This document shows, piece after piece, positions 1-10,945 of a stretch of DNA of 32,000 bases (the first letter of the stretch is position 1; each line of letters starts with the position of its first letter). This DNA is from Deinococcus radiodurans R1 = ATCC 13939 = DSM 20539 (lineage in GTDB: Bacteria; Deinococcota; Deinococci; Deinococcales; Deinococcaceae). The stretch covers positions 2,413,347 through 2,445,346 of the forward strand of contig NC_001263.1 in NCBI RefSeq assembly GCF_000008565.1. The letters are read 5' to 3'. The translations under genes were made by a program, and so were the position numbers. The notes under the pieces were generated by a model that saw only the letters and a list, made by a program, of their open reading frames with translations, ran no database searches and had not been told where the DNA came from.

Positions 1-52
1 ACCCGTCAGCCCGGCGCCGCCCGCTCCGGCGGTTCTCACCCCGCCGCTTCCA

Positions 53-1678
53 GTGCCCACGCCCCCACTGCCCGAAAAGCCGGTGGTCGTCGAGGTGCCC
101 GCCGGGCCTCCCGGCAGCACCCTGCGCGGGCTGTGGGTGGACGCCTTCGGGCCCGGCCTCAAGACGCGGGCGCAGGTGCAGCAGACGGTGAACGACGCAG
201 TGGCGCTCGGCGTGAACACCCTGTTCGTGCAGGCGATTCGGCGCGGCGATTGCCTGTGCATGAAAAGCGGGCTGCCGCTGATAACCGATCAGGCGCTTGA
301 AAAGAACTTCGACCCCCTCGCCATCGTCACCAAGCTGGCGCACGAGCGCGGAATCAAGGTGATTGCCTGGGCGAGCGTCACCGGCATCGCCAACGCCGCC
401 GTGCCGAGCACCGCCCCCGGCCACGTGATGAAAACGCACGGCCCGAGCAGCGGCGCGCAGTCCTGGCTCGCCCGCCGTCCCGACGGAAGCTGGCTCGAAG
501 GCAAAGACGGTTGGCTCGACGCCGGCATTCCCGACGCCGCCGAATTTATGGCCCAGAGCGTGGTCAATCTGGTTCGCAACTACCGGGTGGACGGCATCCA
601 ACTCGACCGCATCCGTTACCCCGACGGCGGCGACTGGGGCTACGACCCCAAGACGCTCACCCGTTACCGCGCCGAAACCGGAGCGGCGGGCACCCCGGCG
701 GCGAGCGACCCGCGCTGGCAGGCGTGGAAGCGCGAGCAGATCACTGCGCTGGTCCGCCGCATCGCGCTGGAGGTCAAGAGCGTGCGCCCCGACGCGTGGC
801 TGAGCGCCGCGACCATCACCTATGGGGCGCCGCCCAAGCCGGGCGACCTCGCCGCCTTTACCCGCTCGCGCACCGTGACCGACGTGATGCAGAACTGGCC
901 GGAATGGGTACGCGACGGCCTGATCGAACTCAACGTGCCCATGAACTACAAGCGCGACGGCGTGGCCGAGCAGGGCGCGTGGTTCAACGGCTGGAACGCC
1001 TTTGCCGACAGCGTGCGCGTCCGCGCCGACCGGCAGCCGAGCGCACTGGCGGTGGGGTCCGCCCTGTACCTCAACTCGCCCCCGGTGAGTGCCGCGCAGG
1101 CTGGGCGCAGCGTGGCGAGCGGCCTGGGCTGGGTGGGCTACTCCTACCGCACGCCCACCCTGAACGTGTATGAGGGCAAAGAAAGCATGGCGCAGGGCCT
1201 CAAAGCCGTCGGCAGTGCCCTGAGCGCCCGCCCCGAGGTTCTGCCCGCCGAGCAGCGCTGGGAGGACGCCGCTCCGAGCAGCCGGGGGCTGATGGGCCGC
1301 ATCCGGGGCGCCGCCGTGCTGGGCAGCCGCCCCGTGGAGGCGTGGCAGGGCGGGGTGCGGGTGGCGCAGTCGCTCACCGACGGCAACGGCTACTACGGCT
1401 TTTTGACCCTGCCCGCCGGCAAGACCGAAATCCGGGTGGGGGGCCAGCGCTGGGCCGACACGGTGCCCGAACGCGGCGTGGTCCGCCTGCCCGACCTCGT
1501 GCTGCGCGACCTGAAGCCGGCGAGCGCGCCTGCCAGTGCCCCAGTGGCTCCTGCCACTCCTGCGCCAGCCAAGCCGACGGTGAAACCCGCCACCAAGTCC
1601 GCCCCAGTCAAGCCCGCCACCGTCAAGCCGACAGTCAAACCGGCCACCATCAAACCCACGAAGCCGGGGAAGCGCTGA
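53..1678 (+). CDS. GHL10/DUF187 (YddW-like) glycoside-hydrolase-like secreted protein with a C-terminal carboxypeptidase-regulatory-like beta-sandwich and a Pro/Ala/Lys-rich tail; probably 5'-partial
   Basis: 541-aa ORF. The core LWVDAFGPGL...VNTLFVQAIRRGD...FDPLAIV...HERGIKVIAWASV...DGIQLDRIRYP is typical of the GHL10 TIM-barrel family. GRIRGAAVLG...TDGNGYYGFLTLPAGKTEIRV resembles a CarboxypepD_reg domain. The same frame has no stop between base 2 and the GTG at 53, so the true start may lie upstream of the window. Confidence 0.65.
   Translation: MPTPPLPEKPVVVEVPAGPPGSTLRGLWVDAFGPGLKTRAQVQQTVNDAVALGVNTLFVQAIRRGDCLCMKSGLPLITDQALEKNFDPLAIVTKLAHERGIKVIAWASVTGIANAAVPSTAPGHVMKTHGPSSGAQSWLARRPDGSWLEGKDGWLDAGIPDAAEFMAQSVVNLVRNYRVDGIQLDRIRYPDGGDWGYDPKTLTRYRAETGAAGTPAASDPRWQAWKREQITALVRRIALEVKSVRPDAWLSAATITYGAPPKPGDLAAFTRSRTVTDVMQNWPEWVRDGLIELNVPMNYKRDGVAEQGAWFNGWNAFADSVRVRADRQPSALAVGSALYLNSPPVSAAQAGRSVASGLGWVGYSYRTPTLNVYEGKESMAQGLKAVGSALSARPEVLPAEQRWEDAAPSSRGLMGRIRGAAVLGSRPVEAWQGGVRVAQSLTDGNGYYGFLTLPAGKTEIRVGGQRWADTVPERGVVRLPDLVLRDLKPASAPASAPVAPATPAPAKPTVKPATKSAPVKPATVKPTVKPATIKPTKPGKR
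1511..1675 (+). repeat. Degenerate in-frame tandem repeat encoding a (V/T)KPAT / PAxAP low-complexity tail
   Basis: The last 55 residues read LKPASAPASAPVAPATPAPAKPTVKPATKSAPVKPATVKPTVKPATIKPTKPGKR. The DNA contains repeated aagcc(c/g)gccacc and gtcaa(a/g)cc units. Confidence 0.7.
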
Positions 1679-1688
1679 GGCGCCTGAG

Positions 1689-2891
1689 CTACCTGAGCAC
1701 TCCTGCGCCAATCACCGCTGCCCCCAGCACCACCGCCCACGCCGGCAGCTTGCCCGCCGTCAGCGCGGCGTAGGCGAGCAGCACCAGCGCGAGGTCACGC
1801 GGGCCGTGCACCGCCGCTGTGAACACCGGGTCGTACAGCGCGGCGAGCAGCAGGCCGACCACCCCGGCGTTCAGGCCCCCCAGAGCGCGGCGGGTGCCCG
1901 GCCTGCGCGACAGCTCGGCCCATAACGGCAGGGCACCGAGCATCAGCAGCAGGCCCGGCAGAAAGATGAACACCGTGCCGAGCGCGGCCCCCAGCAGCGG
2001 CGAAAAGACCGCCTGCGCCGCGCCGAGGTAACTGGCAAAGGTGAAGAGCGGCCCCGGCACGGCGTTCGCTGCCCCGTACCCGGCGAGGAAACTCCCCGCG
2101 CTGAGAAAATCGAGCACCAGCCCTGCCTCCAGCAACGGCAACACGACGTGCCCGCCGCCGAAGACCAACGCCCCGGCGCGGTACACGCGGTCCGCGAACG
2201 TCCAGGCCGGCGAGAGCGGCGCCAGCAGCGGCAGCACCACGAGGCCAGCGAGGGCGAGCCCCAGCAACCCCAGCCCCGCCCGGCGGGACAGGCGCAGCGG
2301 CCAGCCGCCTCCCTCGCCCGTCGCCGCTGGCAGCCAGCGCCAGCCGACCAGGGCGCACAGCAGCAGCGCGAGCAGTTGGGTCCACGCTCCCGGCCACAGC
2401 AGCAGCCCCACCGCCGTGCCGAGCGCCAGCCCGCTGCGCACTCGTCCGGGCGTTCCCTCCCCGGCCCCCACCAGCGAGCCCCACATGCCCGCCACCGCTT
2501 GCGCGACCACCGCCACCGCCGCCAGTTTCAGGCCGCTGACCCAGCCCGCGCCGCTCAGGTCGCCGGCCCGGCCCGCCAGCGCCGCGAAGCCCACGAGCAG
2601 CAGGGCGCTCGGTAGGGTAAAGGCCGCCCACGCCGCCAGCGCCCCCCGCGCTCCAGCGAGCAGAAAACCCACCGCGCACCCCACCTGACTGCTCGCCGGC
2701 CCCGGCAAAAACTGCGCGAGCGCCACCACGTCGGCGTATTGCGCGTCGCTCAGCCAGCGGCGGCGGTTGACGAACTCCTCGCGGAAAAACCCCAAGTGCG
2801 CCACTGGCCCCCCGAACGAGGTCAGCCCCAGCCGCAAAAAAGCGGCAAAGACGGTGTGGGCAGGAACGGCAGGCAGTGGGGACGCACTCAC
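1689..2891 (-). CDS. chrA: Chromate transporter, CHR family (two-domain ChrA)
   Basis: 400-aa polytopic ORF. The N-terminus FLRLGLTSFGGPVAHLGFFREEFVNRRRWLSDAQYADVVALAQFLPGPASSQV is the canonical CHR signature. A second CHR half follows (GALVFGGGHVVLPLL...GYGAANAVPGPLFTFASYLG). Confidence 0.85.
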   Translation of the reverse strand: MSASPLPAVPAHTVFAAFLRLGLTSFGGPVAHLGFFREEFVNRRRWLSDAQYADVVALAQFLPGPASSQVGCAVGFLLAGARGALAAWAAFTLPSALLLVGFAALAGRAGDLSGAGWVSGLKLAAVAVVAQAVAGMWGSLVGAGEGTPGRVRSGLALGTAVGLLLWPGAWTQLLALLLCALVGWRWLPAATGEGGGWPLRLSRRAGLGLLGLALAGLVVLPLLAPLSPAWTFADRVYRAGALVFGGGHVVLPLLEAGLVLDFLSAGSFLAGYGAANAVPGPLFTFASYLGAAQAVFSPLLGAALGTVFIFLPGLLLMLGALPLWAELSRRPGTRRALGGLNAGVVGLLLAALYDPVFTAAVHGPRDLALVLLAYAALTAGKLPAWAVVLGAAVIGAGVLR

Positions 2892-3130
2892 GCGCCCCAG
2901 GGTAGCGGCGAACGGTCAGGCAGGTACCAAAGAAACGGGACCGAAGGCCAAGCTGAGAAACTTCCCAGGTGCCCCAACCTCCGCTTCAGGCCAGCGTCAA
3001 GGGGGCGTCAGCTTGAACCGTTAGGCTGAGCGGGATGACCGACCTGCGGAGCCGTCAATAGGGCCTCCAGCAGCTTTCCCCTTTTCCTCCCGGCCTACTT
3101 TTGGCCTGCCCACGACTGGATACACTACAA

Positions 3131-3574
3131 ATGATGAAACGCACCTCACTCGCTCTGCTCGCTCTCATGGTCTTCGCCACACCGGCGCAGGCCCTGAAGC
3201 TGATCGTGTGGGACCCCGATTTCAAGAACAAGGTGGCCTACGGCGAGAGCATTGCCGGCAAGTTCAACGTGAAGTTCGACAAGAACTACAGCGGGCCGGT
3301 GGTCGCCCTGTTTTCCCAGACCGACGAGGAAAAGGACCGGGGCACCTACGCGGGGCTGCGCAGCAGTTATGAAGGCGCCCTGCGCGGCGGCCAGCTCTTG
3401 ATCGACACCGACAGCGATGGGGTCCCCAATACGGCGTCGCGCTCTGGCGCGGGCAACGACAAGTCCTTCGTGCCCCTGAAAAAGCTGCTGCAACCGTACA
3501 AACTCAGCGTGGACGTGCAGCCCACCAGTCTGCTGCTGCCCCCCGCCAACAGCATGATGGTGCTGGGCCGCTGA
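3131..3574 (+). CDS. Small secreted hypothetical protein (signal peptide), first gene of a putative operon with the downstream two-component system
   Basis: MMKRTSLALLALMVFATPAQA|LK is a classical Sec signal with an AxA cleavage site. I recognise no family. The start is chosen at the ATG ATG at 3131/3134, just downstream of a TACACT -10-like hexamer, so the mRNA may be leaderless. Confidence 0.55.
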   Translation: MMKRTSLALLALMVFATPAQALKLIVWDPDFKNKVAYGESIAGKFNVKFDKNYSGPVVALFSQTDEEKDRGTYAGLRSSYEGALRGGQLLIDTDSDGVPNTASRSGAGNDKSFVPLKKLLQPYKLSVDVQPTSLLLPPANSMMVLGR

Positions 3575-3688
3575 GACGGCGCCGGCTTTATCTGCCCGAA
3601 AGGTATGCCGGGTCACGTTGCGTAACGCGCTAGGCTGTTGCAGCTTTCGCCCCACGTCCAACCTGCTCCCACCCGCCAAGGAGACTTC

Positions 3689-4348
3689 ATGCTCGCGCAA
3701 ATCCTGATTGTGGAAGACGACCCGCACCTGGGGCCCCTGCTCCGGGATTACCTCTCTGCCGACTACCAGGTGCACCACGCCCCCACGCTCAGGGACGCGC
3801 AGGCGTGGCTCGGCACCCACTCGCCGCAATTGGTGCTACTCGACCTCAACCTGCCCGACGGCGATGGGCTGGACCTCGTGCAGGCGCTGCGGCAGTACTC
3901 CAGTACGCCGGTGCTGGTGCTCTCGGCGCGCACCGGGGTGCAGGAACGGGTGGCGGGGCTGAACGCGGGGGCCGACGACTACCTCACCAAGCCGTTCGCC
4001 ATGCCCGAACTCGACGCCCGGATTACCGCGCTGCTGCGCCGCACCGCCGCCGGGACGGGCGTGAATCTCGGCAACACGGCGCTCTCGACCTCCAGCCTGC
4101 TGCTGACGGTGAACGACAAGAACGTGAACCTCACCGAGCACGAGGCCCGCATTCTGGAACTGATGATGCGCACGCCCGAGCGGGTCTTTTCGCGCGCCGA
4201 CATCGAGTCTCACCTCTACGGCTGGGAAACGCCGAACTCCAACAGCGTGGAAGTCCGCATCTCGCAGCTGCGCAAGAAGCTGGAGTCGGCGGGCAGCGAC
4301 CTGCGGATTCGGACCATCCGCAACGTGGGCTACGTGCTGCAACACTAG
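3689..4348 (+). CDS. OmpR/PhoB-family response regulator (receiver plus winged-helix)
   Basis: [24 protein letters not shown] and DDYLTKPF are receiver motifs. The C-terminal region [13 protein letters not shown]...[12 protein letters not shown]...[11 protein letters not shown] is a Trans_reg_C domain. The ATG at 3689 is preceded by AAGGAGA at 3678-3684. Confidence 0.9.
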   Translation: MLAQILIVEDDPHLGPLLRDYLSADYQVHHAPTLRDAQAWLGTHSPQLVLLDLNLPDGDGLDLVQALRQYSSTPVLVLSARTGVQERVAGLNAGADDYLTKPFAMPELDARITALLRRTAAGTGVNLGNTALSTSSLLLTVNDKNVNLTEHEARILELMMRTPERVFSRADIESHLYGWETPNSNSVEVRISQLRKKLESAGSDLRIRTIRNVGYVLQH

Positions 4349-4372
4349 CCTGCCCCTGCGCCGACCCTGACT

Positions 4373-5797
4373 GTGCCGAACTCCCAGCCTTCCCTCGCCT
4401 CGCGCCTGACCCCCGGCGCGGGGCTGCACTCTGCGCGGGTGGCGTGGCGCCACAGCCTGCGCTTCCGGCTGGCGCTGATGTACAGCCTGAGCGCCCTGGT
4501 CATCACCGCCGTCATCGGCCTGGGCATCACGTCGTACCTCCTGGGGCAGATGAACCGGCAGTTCGACGCCCGGCTGAGCGAGCGCGCCGACGCGGTGGCC
4601 GAGCGCTTTGGCAGCAAGGAGCAGGACATCGGCCAGGGCCTGCCGCCCATCAGCGGCTACACCGCCATCCTCGACAACGATGGCCGGGTGCTGGGCGTGA
4701 GCACCTCGCTCAAGTCCGACACCCGCCAGAAATTCAGGCTGGGCGACCCCTTTCCGTATCCACAGCACGGCAGTTTCACCGTGCTGGACGTACCCATGCG
4801 GGCGACCACCCGCCCTGCGCCGGACTACGGAACCGTGTGGGTGGCGCTGCCCGAGACCGACCTGGTGGTGGCCCAGACGAGTGCGACGCGGGCGCTGCTG
4901 CTGTCGCTGCTGGTGGCGCCGCTGCTGCTGCTGCTGCTCGGCTGGCTGGTGGGACAGCGGATGCTCGCGGGGCTGGGCGAAGCCGCCGACCTCGCCGACC
5001 GCATCGACCCCAGCCGCAGCCTCGCCACCCTGCCGCTGCCTGAGCGCGAGGACGAGGTGCACCGCCTGCTCGCCGCCATCAACCGCCTGCTGGTGCGTAT
5101 CGAGGCCGGACAACTGCGCGAAAAACAACTCCTCGGCCAAATTGTCCACGAGCTCGGGGCGCCGCTCACGGTGCTCAAGGCCACCCTCAGCCGCGCGGGC
5201 GAGCGCACGAACGACCCCGAAGTGCAAAAAGCCGCGCTGGTCGCCGACGAGCTGACCTTCACCACCCAGGACTTGATGCAGCTCGCGCGCGGGCAACTCG
5301 AAATGAAGCTGGTGTGGCACTACATCCCCGCCGTGACGCTGCGCGACCGCCTCGACCGGCTGGTGCCCGGCGTGACCTTCAGCGGAGACTGGTCGGGCGG
5401 CATCCTCTGCGACCCCGACCGGCTGACCCAGGCGCTGCGCAACCTGCTCGCCAACGCCCGTCGGCACGCGGGCCTGGACGGCAGCGTGAGCTGCACGCTG
5501 GCCGAGACGCCGGAGTGGCTCACCTTCACTGTCCGCGACTCCGGCCCCGGCCTGCCCCCCGAACTCGGCGAGCGCATCTTCGACCCCTTCGTGAGCGGCG
5601 CGGGCAGCAGCGGCCTCGGCCTGAGCGTGTCGCGCCAGATTGCGGTGATGCACGGCGGCAACCTGACCGGGGGCAATCATTTGGACGCCGGGGGGCAGGT
5701 CGCCGGAGCCGAATTCGTGCTGACGGTGCCGGGCGCGGCGCTCGGGGAGGACGAGGACGACGAGGTGCTGGAGGACGTGGAGCCGGTCGGGGTCTAG
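4373..5797 (+). CDS. Sensor histidine kinase (two TM segments, HAMP, HisKA, HATPase_c)
   Basis: The H-box is [15 protein letters not shown], the N-box [14 protein letters not shown]1 [11 protein letters not shown] and G2 [20 protein letters not shown] Leu-rich TM segment [18 protein letters not shown] is present. The GTG start lies 25 nt after the regulator stop. Confidence 0.88.
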   Translation: MPNSQPSLASRLTPGAGLHSARVAWRHSLRFRLALMYSLSALVITAVIGLGITSYLLGQMNRQFDARLSERADAVAERFGSKEQDIGQGLPPISGYTAILDNDGRVLGVSTSLKSDTRQKFRLGDPFPYPQHGSFTVLDVPMRATTRPAPDYGTVWVALPETDLVVAQTSATRALLLSLLVAPLLLLLLGWLVGQRMLAGLGEAADLADRIDPSRSLATLPLPEREDEVHRLLAAINRLLVRIEAGQLREKQLLGQIVHELGAPLTVLKATLSRAGERTNDPEVQKAALVADELTFTTQDLMQLARGQLEMKLVWHYIPAVTLRDRLDRLVPGVTFSGDWSGGILCDPDRLTQALRNLLANARRHAGLDGSVSCTLAETPEWLTFTVRDSGPGLPPELGERIFDPFVSGAGSSGLGLSVSRQIAVMHGGNLTGGNHLDAGGQVAGAEFVLTVPGAALGEDEDDEVLEDVEPVGV

Positions 5798-5924
5798 AGC
5801 ATTTGACGTCATAAAGACCCCTCACCCCTGCCTTCGGCAGGCCCTCTGCTCCGCAGCTCTCCGAGTCTCCCCTTGCTTGGTAGAGGGTTAAACAGCGCAG
5901 GGCCATTCTTTTGTCAAATGCCCT

Positions 5925-5966
5925 CAATCAAAGAAAGGGAAGCGGAGGCATACGCCCACGCTCCCC
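5925..5966 (-). terminator. Candidate intrinsic terminator downstream of rnj
   Basis: The minus strand reads GGGGAGCG-N14-CGCTTCCC, an 8-bp stem with one G-U pair, followed by TTTCTTTGATT. It lies 17 nt after the rnj stop. Confidence 0.5.
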
Positions 5967-5982
5967 TTCCCCATTCGATGAC

Positions 5983-7663
<1,681 letters not shown>

Positions 7664-7903
7664 GGAAGACTCCAAATGTTCGGAAAGTGCGGGGAGGGTC
7701 CGTTCGGTGGAATCCGGCGAGCGGCAGCGGCGGGGCCGGGCCGCGCACGAGTGGAAACGCACAGACGGAAAGCGGTTGTGTCACCCGGCGAAGCCGATGT
7801 GCTGGAGCCGAAAAAGGCGGCAGCCCAGGCCCGGCGGGCGGAAGTACCTTCACGGTAGCACAACCCCCCCACTGCTCACCGACACCTGGCATATGAAAAG
7901 CAG

Positions 7904-7931
7904 TTAAACCCGACCTTGAGCGCGGTATCAT
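7904..7931 (+). promoter_or_regulatory. Candidate promoter giving a leaderless or near-leaderless mRNA for the response regulator
   Basis: A TATCAT hexamer (7926-7931) ends 6 nt before the GTG at 7938. TTAAAC (7904-7909) lies 16 nt upstream as a weak -35. There is no Shine-Dalgarno between them. Confidence 0.3.
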
Positions 7932-7937
7932 GGCCGG

Positions 7938-8602
7938 GTGAACGAACAGCGGATTCTCGTCATCGAAGACGACCACGACATTGCCAACGTCCTGCGCATG
8001 GACTTGACCGACGCCGGCTACGTCGTCGACCATGCCGACTCCGCCATGAACGGCCTGATCAAGGCGCGCGAAGACCACCCCGACCTGATTTTGCTCGACC
8101 TCGGGCTGCCCGATTTCGACGGCGGCGACGTGGTGCAGCGCCTGCGTAAAAACAGCGCCCTGCCGATCATCGTGCTCACCGCCCGCGACACGGTGGAAGA
8201 AAAGGTGAGGCTGCTCGGCCTCGGCGCCGACGACTACCTCATCAAGCCCTTTCACCCCGACGAACTGCTCGCCCGCGTCAAGGTGCAGCTCCGGCAGCGC
8301 ACCTCCGAGAGCCTGAGCATGGGCGACCTCACCCTCGATCCCCAGAAGCGCCTGGTGACCTACAAGGGCGAAGAACTGCGGCTCTCGCCCAAGGAATTCG
8401 ACATTCTGGCGCTGCTGATCCGGCAGCCGGGCCGGGTGTACTCGCGCCAGGAAATAGGTCAGGAAATCTGGCAGGGCCGCCTGCCCGAAGGCAGCAACGT
8501 GGTGGACGTGCACATGGCGAACCTGCGCGCCAAGTTGCGTGACCTCGACGGCTACGGCCTGCTGCGGACCGTGCGCGGCGTGGCTACGCCCTGCGCGGCT
8601 GA
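7938..8602 (+). CDS. OmpR-family response regulator with an apparent 1-nt deletion 20 nt before its natural stop
   Basis: Receiver motifs are ILVIEDDHD, LILLDLGLPDFDG and DDYLIKPF. The winged helix reads LSPKEFDILALL...VDVHMANLRAKL...LLRTVRGV. The OmpR consensus ending GVGYxL is lost (GVATPCAAE...). Adding one G at 8582-8583 gives RTVRGVGYALRG followed by the TGA at 8600-8602. As given, the ORF runs on to 9059 through Pro/Arg/Cys-rich nonsense that overlaps the kinase gene. Confidence 0.85.
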
Positions 8603-8710
8603 GGCCCCCACCTTTGACTGGTCCTGCCCGCCCGTGAGCATCCCTGTGGCCTCCCCTTCTTTGCCTCCGGGTCCGATACTGCCGCCCTGCTGCGCGGTCT
8701 GCCGGACCCG

Positions 8711-10945
8711 GTGTTCTGGCTCAGCGGCCCGCTCGGCGAAGAACAGCTCAGCGGCAACCCCGCCGCCGGGGAGCAGTTTCCGCTGCCTGAAGGCGCTGCT
8801 TCCGCGCCAGCGTGCTGGGCGGCCTTCGCGCCCGACCTCGCGGCGGCGTTGCAGGCGGCGGCGCGGCAGGCGCAGTCCGGCACGGCGAGCAGCGGCGCCG
8901 CCGGGGGCTGGGCGTTCGACGCCCTACCCGCCGAGGGCGGCGTGTGGTTGCGGCTGCGGCGCGCGCCCGCCGCGACTGCCGCCGAGGAGCAGCTCGACCT
9001 GCTCTTTACCGTGTTCGAGCGCCTCGGGACCGGGCTGGTGCTGCAAGACGAGACGTTGAACGTGCGGCGGGCCAACGGCAGCGCGGCGCGGACGCTGGGC
9101 CTGAGCCGCGAGCAACTGCGCGGGCAGGGCAGCGTGCCGGGCAACTGGGAGCTGCGCCGCCCCGGCGGTCATCGGCTGCCCCCCGAGGAAACCCCCACGC
9201 TGCGGGCCCTGCGCAGCGGACAGGACGAAACCGACATGCGGGTGGGGCTGCTGCGGCCCGGCGCACCGCACTGGCGCTGGCTGTCGGTGGGGGCGCTGGC
9301 GCGGCGGCCTGCCGACCCCTGGCCCCCTGGCGTCCTGCTGGTGCTGCGCGACGAAACCGCCGAGCAGCGGGTCCGCGAGGAACTGCGCCGCAGCGAGCAG
9401 CGCTACCGTTCACTGGTACAGGCGAGTGCCCAGATTGTCTGGAGTGCGAGCCACGACGGCGAATTTCGGGTGTCTCAGCCGCAGTGGGAGGCGTTTACCG
9501 GGCAGCCCCCCCGCGAGCACCTCGGCGGAGGCTGGCTCCAGGCCGTGCATCCCGACGACCGCGAGGCCACTCTGGCCGCCTGGGATCAGGCGATCGAGCG
9601 CAACGAGGCCTACGAAGTCCGCCACCGCCTGCGCCGCCACGACGGGGTCTACGTGCCGATGCTGGCGCGGGCCGTGCAGGTGGGCGGCGAGGCGGGCCAG
9701 ACGCCGCCCGAGTGGATCGGCACCCACAGCGACGTGACCCTGCAAGACGCCGCCGAGCGGGCGCTGCAAACGCTCAACGCCGACTTGCAACTTCAGGTGG
9801 CCGAGCAGACCCAGGAAATCGGTCAAGTGTCGCGCTTCATGGCGCTGCTGCTCACCTCGGCGGGCGAGGGGATTTTCGGGCTCGACCGCGACGGCAACAA
9901 CACCTTCGTCAACCCGGCGGCCTCGGAGCTGCTCGGCTACAGCGTGAGCGAGCTGCTCGGTCAGCCGTCGCACGCCAAGCTGCACCACCACCACGCCGAC
10001 GGCACGCCGCACCTGCTCAGCGAGTGCCCCATTTCCCAGACGCTGCGCGACGGGCAGCAGCGCCGGGTCGAGGCCGACGTGTTCTGGCATAGAGACGGCC
10101 ACCCGGTGCCGGTGGCTTACGTGGTCACGCCGACTCTCGACGAGCGCGGCGAGGTGGAAGGCGCCGTCGTCATGTTTCAGGACGTGTCCGAGCAGGTCCG
10201 CGCCCACGCCGAACTCGAGGACGCGCTGCACCACCTGCAACTCACCAACGCCGACCTCGAACAGTTCGCCTACGTCGCCAGCCACGACCTGCAAGAGCCG
10301 CTGCGGACGCTCGGCAGCTACGCCGAACTGCTCGCCCGGCGCTATCAGGGCCAGCTCGACGCCCGCGCCGACCAGTACATCGCCTTCATGCTCGACGCGG
10401 TGGAACGCATGCGCAGCCTGATTCAGGACCTGCTTGCCTTTTCACGGGTGGGCCGCAACGAACTTGAACTCAGTGAAGTTACCCTTGACAGCCTGATGCA
10501 ACAGACCGCCCGAAACGTGGAAGCGGCCCTGGAGAGCAGCGGCGGCGCCCTGACCTGGGACACGCCCGGCACCGCCTTGGCGCAGCCCTCGCTGCTGGTG
10601 CAACTGCTGACCAATCTGGTGAGCAACGGCCTGAAGTTTGCCCGCCCCGGCGTGCCCCCGGCGGTCGAAGTGGTGTCCAGCATAGTCGGCAACGAGCAGC
10701 GTATCGAGGTCCGCGACAACGGCATCGGGATCGGAAGCGAGTATCATGAACGGGTGTTTACGATTTTCCAGCGTCTCCACCTGCGTGAGGACTACCCCGG
10801 CAACGGGATCGGCCTCGCCATTGCCCGCAAGATCGTGGCGGCGCACGGTGGGAGCCTGACGCTGAAGTCGCAACCGGGAGAAGGCAGCACCTTCATCATC
10901 AGCCTGCCTGCCGACCACGCGGCGAAAGTTGGGGGGCACCAGTGA
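8711..10945 (+). CDS. Multi-PAS/PAC sensor histidine kinase (soluble)
   Basis: There are several PAS/PAC blocks (LVLQDETLNVRRANGSAARTLGLS; SLVQASAQIVWSA...GGGWLQAVHPDDRE; GIFGLDRDGNNTFVNPAASELLGYS). The H-box is FAYVASHDLQEPLRTL. HATPase motifs are LLTNLVSNGLKF, VRDNGIGI and GNGIGLAIARKIV. The start is uncertain: the frame upstream of the GTG at 8711 still reads protein-like (AALLRGLPDPV) back to a stop at 8615. Confidence 0.85.
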   Translation: MFWLSGPLGEEQLSGNPAAGEQFPLPEGAASAPACWAAFAPDLAAALQAAARQAQSGTASSGAAGGWAFDALPAEGGVWLRLRRAPAATAAEEQLDLLFTVFERLGTGLVLQDETLNVRRANGSAARTLGLSREQLRGQGSVPGNWELRRPGGHRLPPEETPTLRALRSGQDETDMRVGLLRPGAPHWRWLSVGALARRPADPWPPGVLLVLRDETAEQRVREELRRSEQRYRSLVQASAQIVWSASHDGEFRVSQPQWEAFTGQPPREHLGGGWLQAVHPDDREATLAAWDQAIERNEAYEVRHRLRRHDGVYVPMLARAVQVGGEAGQTPPEWIGTHSDVTLQDAAERALQTLNADLQLQVAEQTQEIGQVSRFMALLLTSAGEGIFGLDRDGNNTFVNPAASELLGYSVSELLGQPSHAKLHHHHADGTPHLLSECPISQTLRDGQQRRVEADVFWHRDGHPVPVAYVVTPTLDERGEVEGAVVMFQDVSEQVRAHAELEDALHHLQLTNADLEQFAYVASHDLQEPLRTLGSYAELLARRYQGQLDARADQYIAFMLDAVERMRSLIQDLLAFSRVGRNELELSEVTLDSLMQQTARNVEAALESSGGALTWDTPGTALAQPSLLVQLLTNLVSNGLKFARPGVPPAVEVVSSIVGNEQRIEVRDNGIGIGSEYHERVFTIFQRLHLREDYPGNGIGLAIARKIVAAHGGSLTLKSQPGEGSTFIISLPADHAAKVGGHQ

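Noticed and set aside
3613-3629. tcacgttgcgtaacgcg upstream of the first response regulator looked like a radiation/desiccation-response-type palindrome (TTAyGT...ACrTAA-like half sites).
   Set aside because: Only partial half-site matches are present, the spacing is wrong and the outer TT/AA are missing. I also scanned upstream of dinB (27170-27277) and nth and found isolated halves such as acataa but no palindrome. I do not consider any of these supportable.
4915-4940. A (CTG)n run in the histidine kinase gene, considered as a possible contingency repeat.
   Set aside because: It encodes the Leu-run of a transmembrane helix (LLLLLLGWL). It is in frame and short, and reflects codon bias rather than a repeat feature.
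5827-5841. The hairpin cctgcc-ttc-ggcagg after the histidine kinase stop, considered as a possible terminator.
   Set aside because: The stem is only 6 bp with a 3-nt loop and no following T-tract, so it is too weak to call.
7916-7921. TTGAGC as a -35 element for the second response regulator.
   Set aside because: It is only 4 nt from the TATCAT -10 candidate, so the spacing is incompatible. I used the weaker TTAAAC at 16-nt spacing instead, with low confidence.
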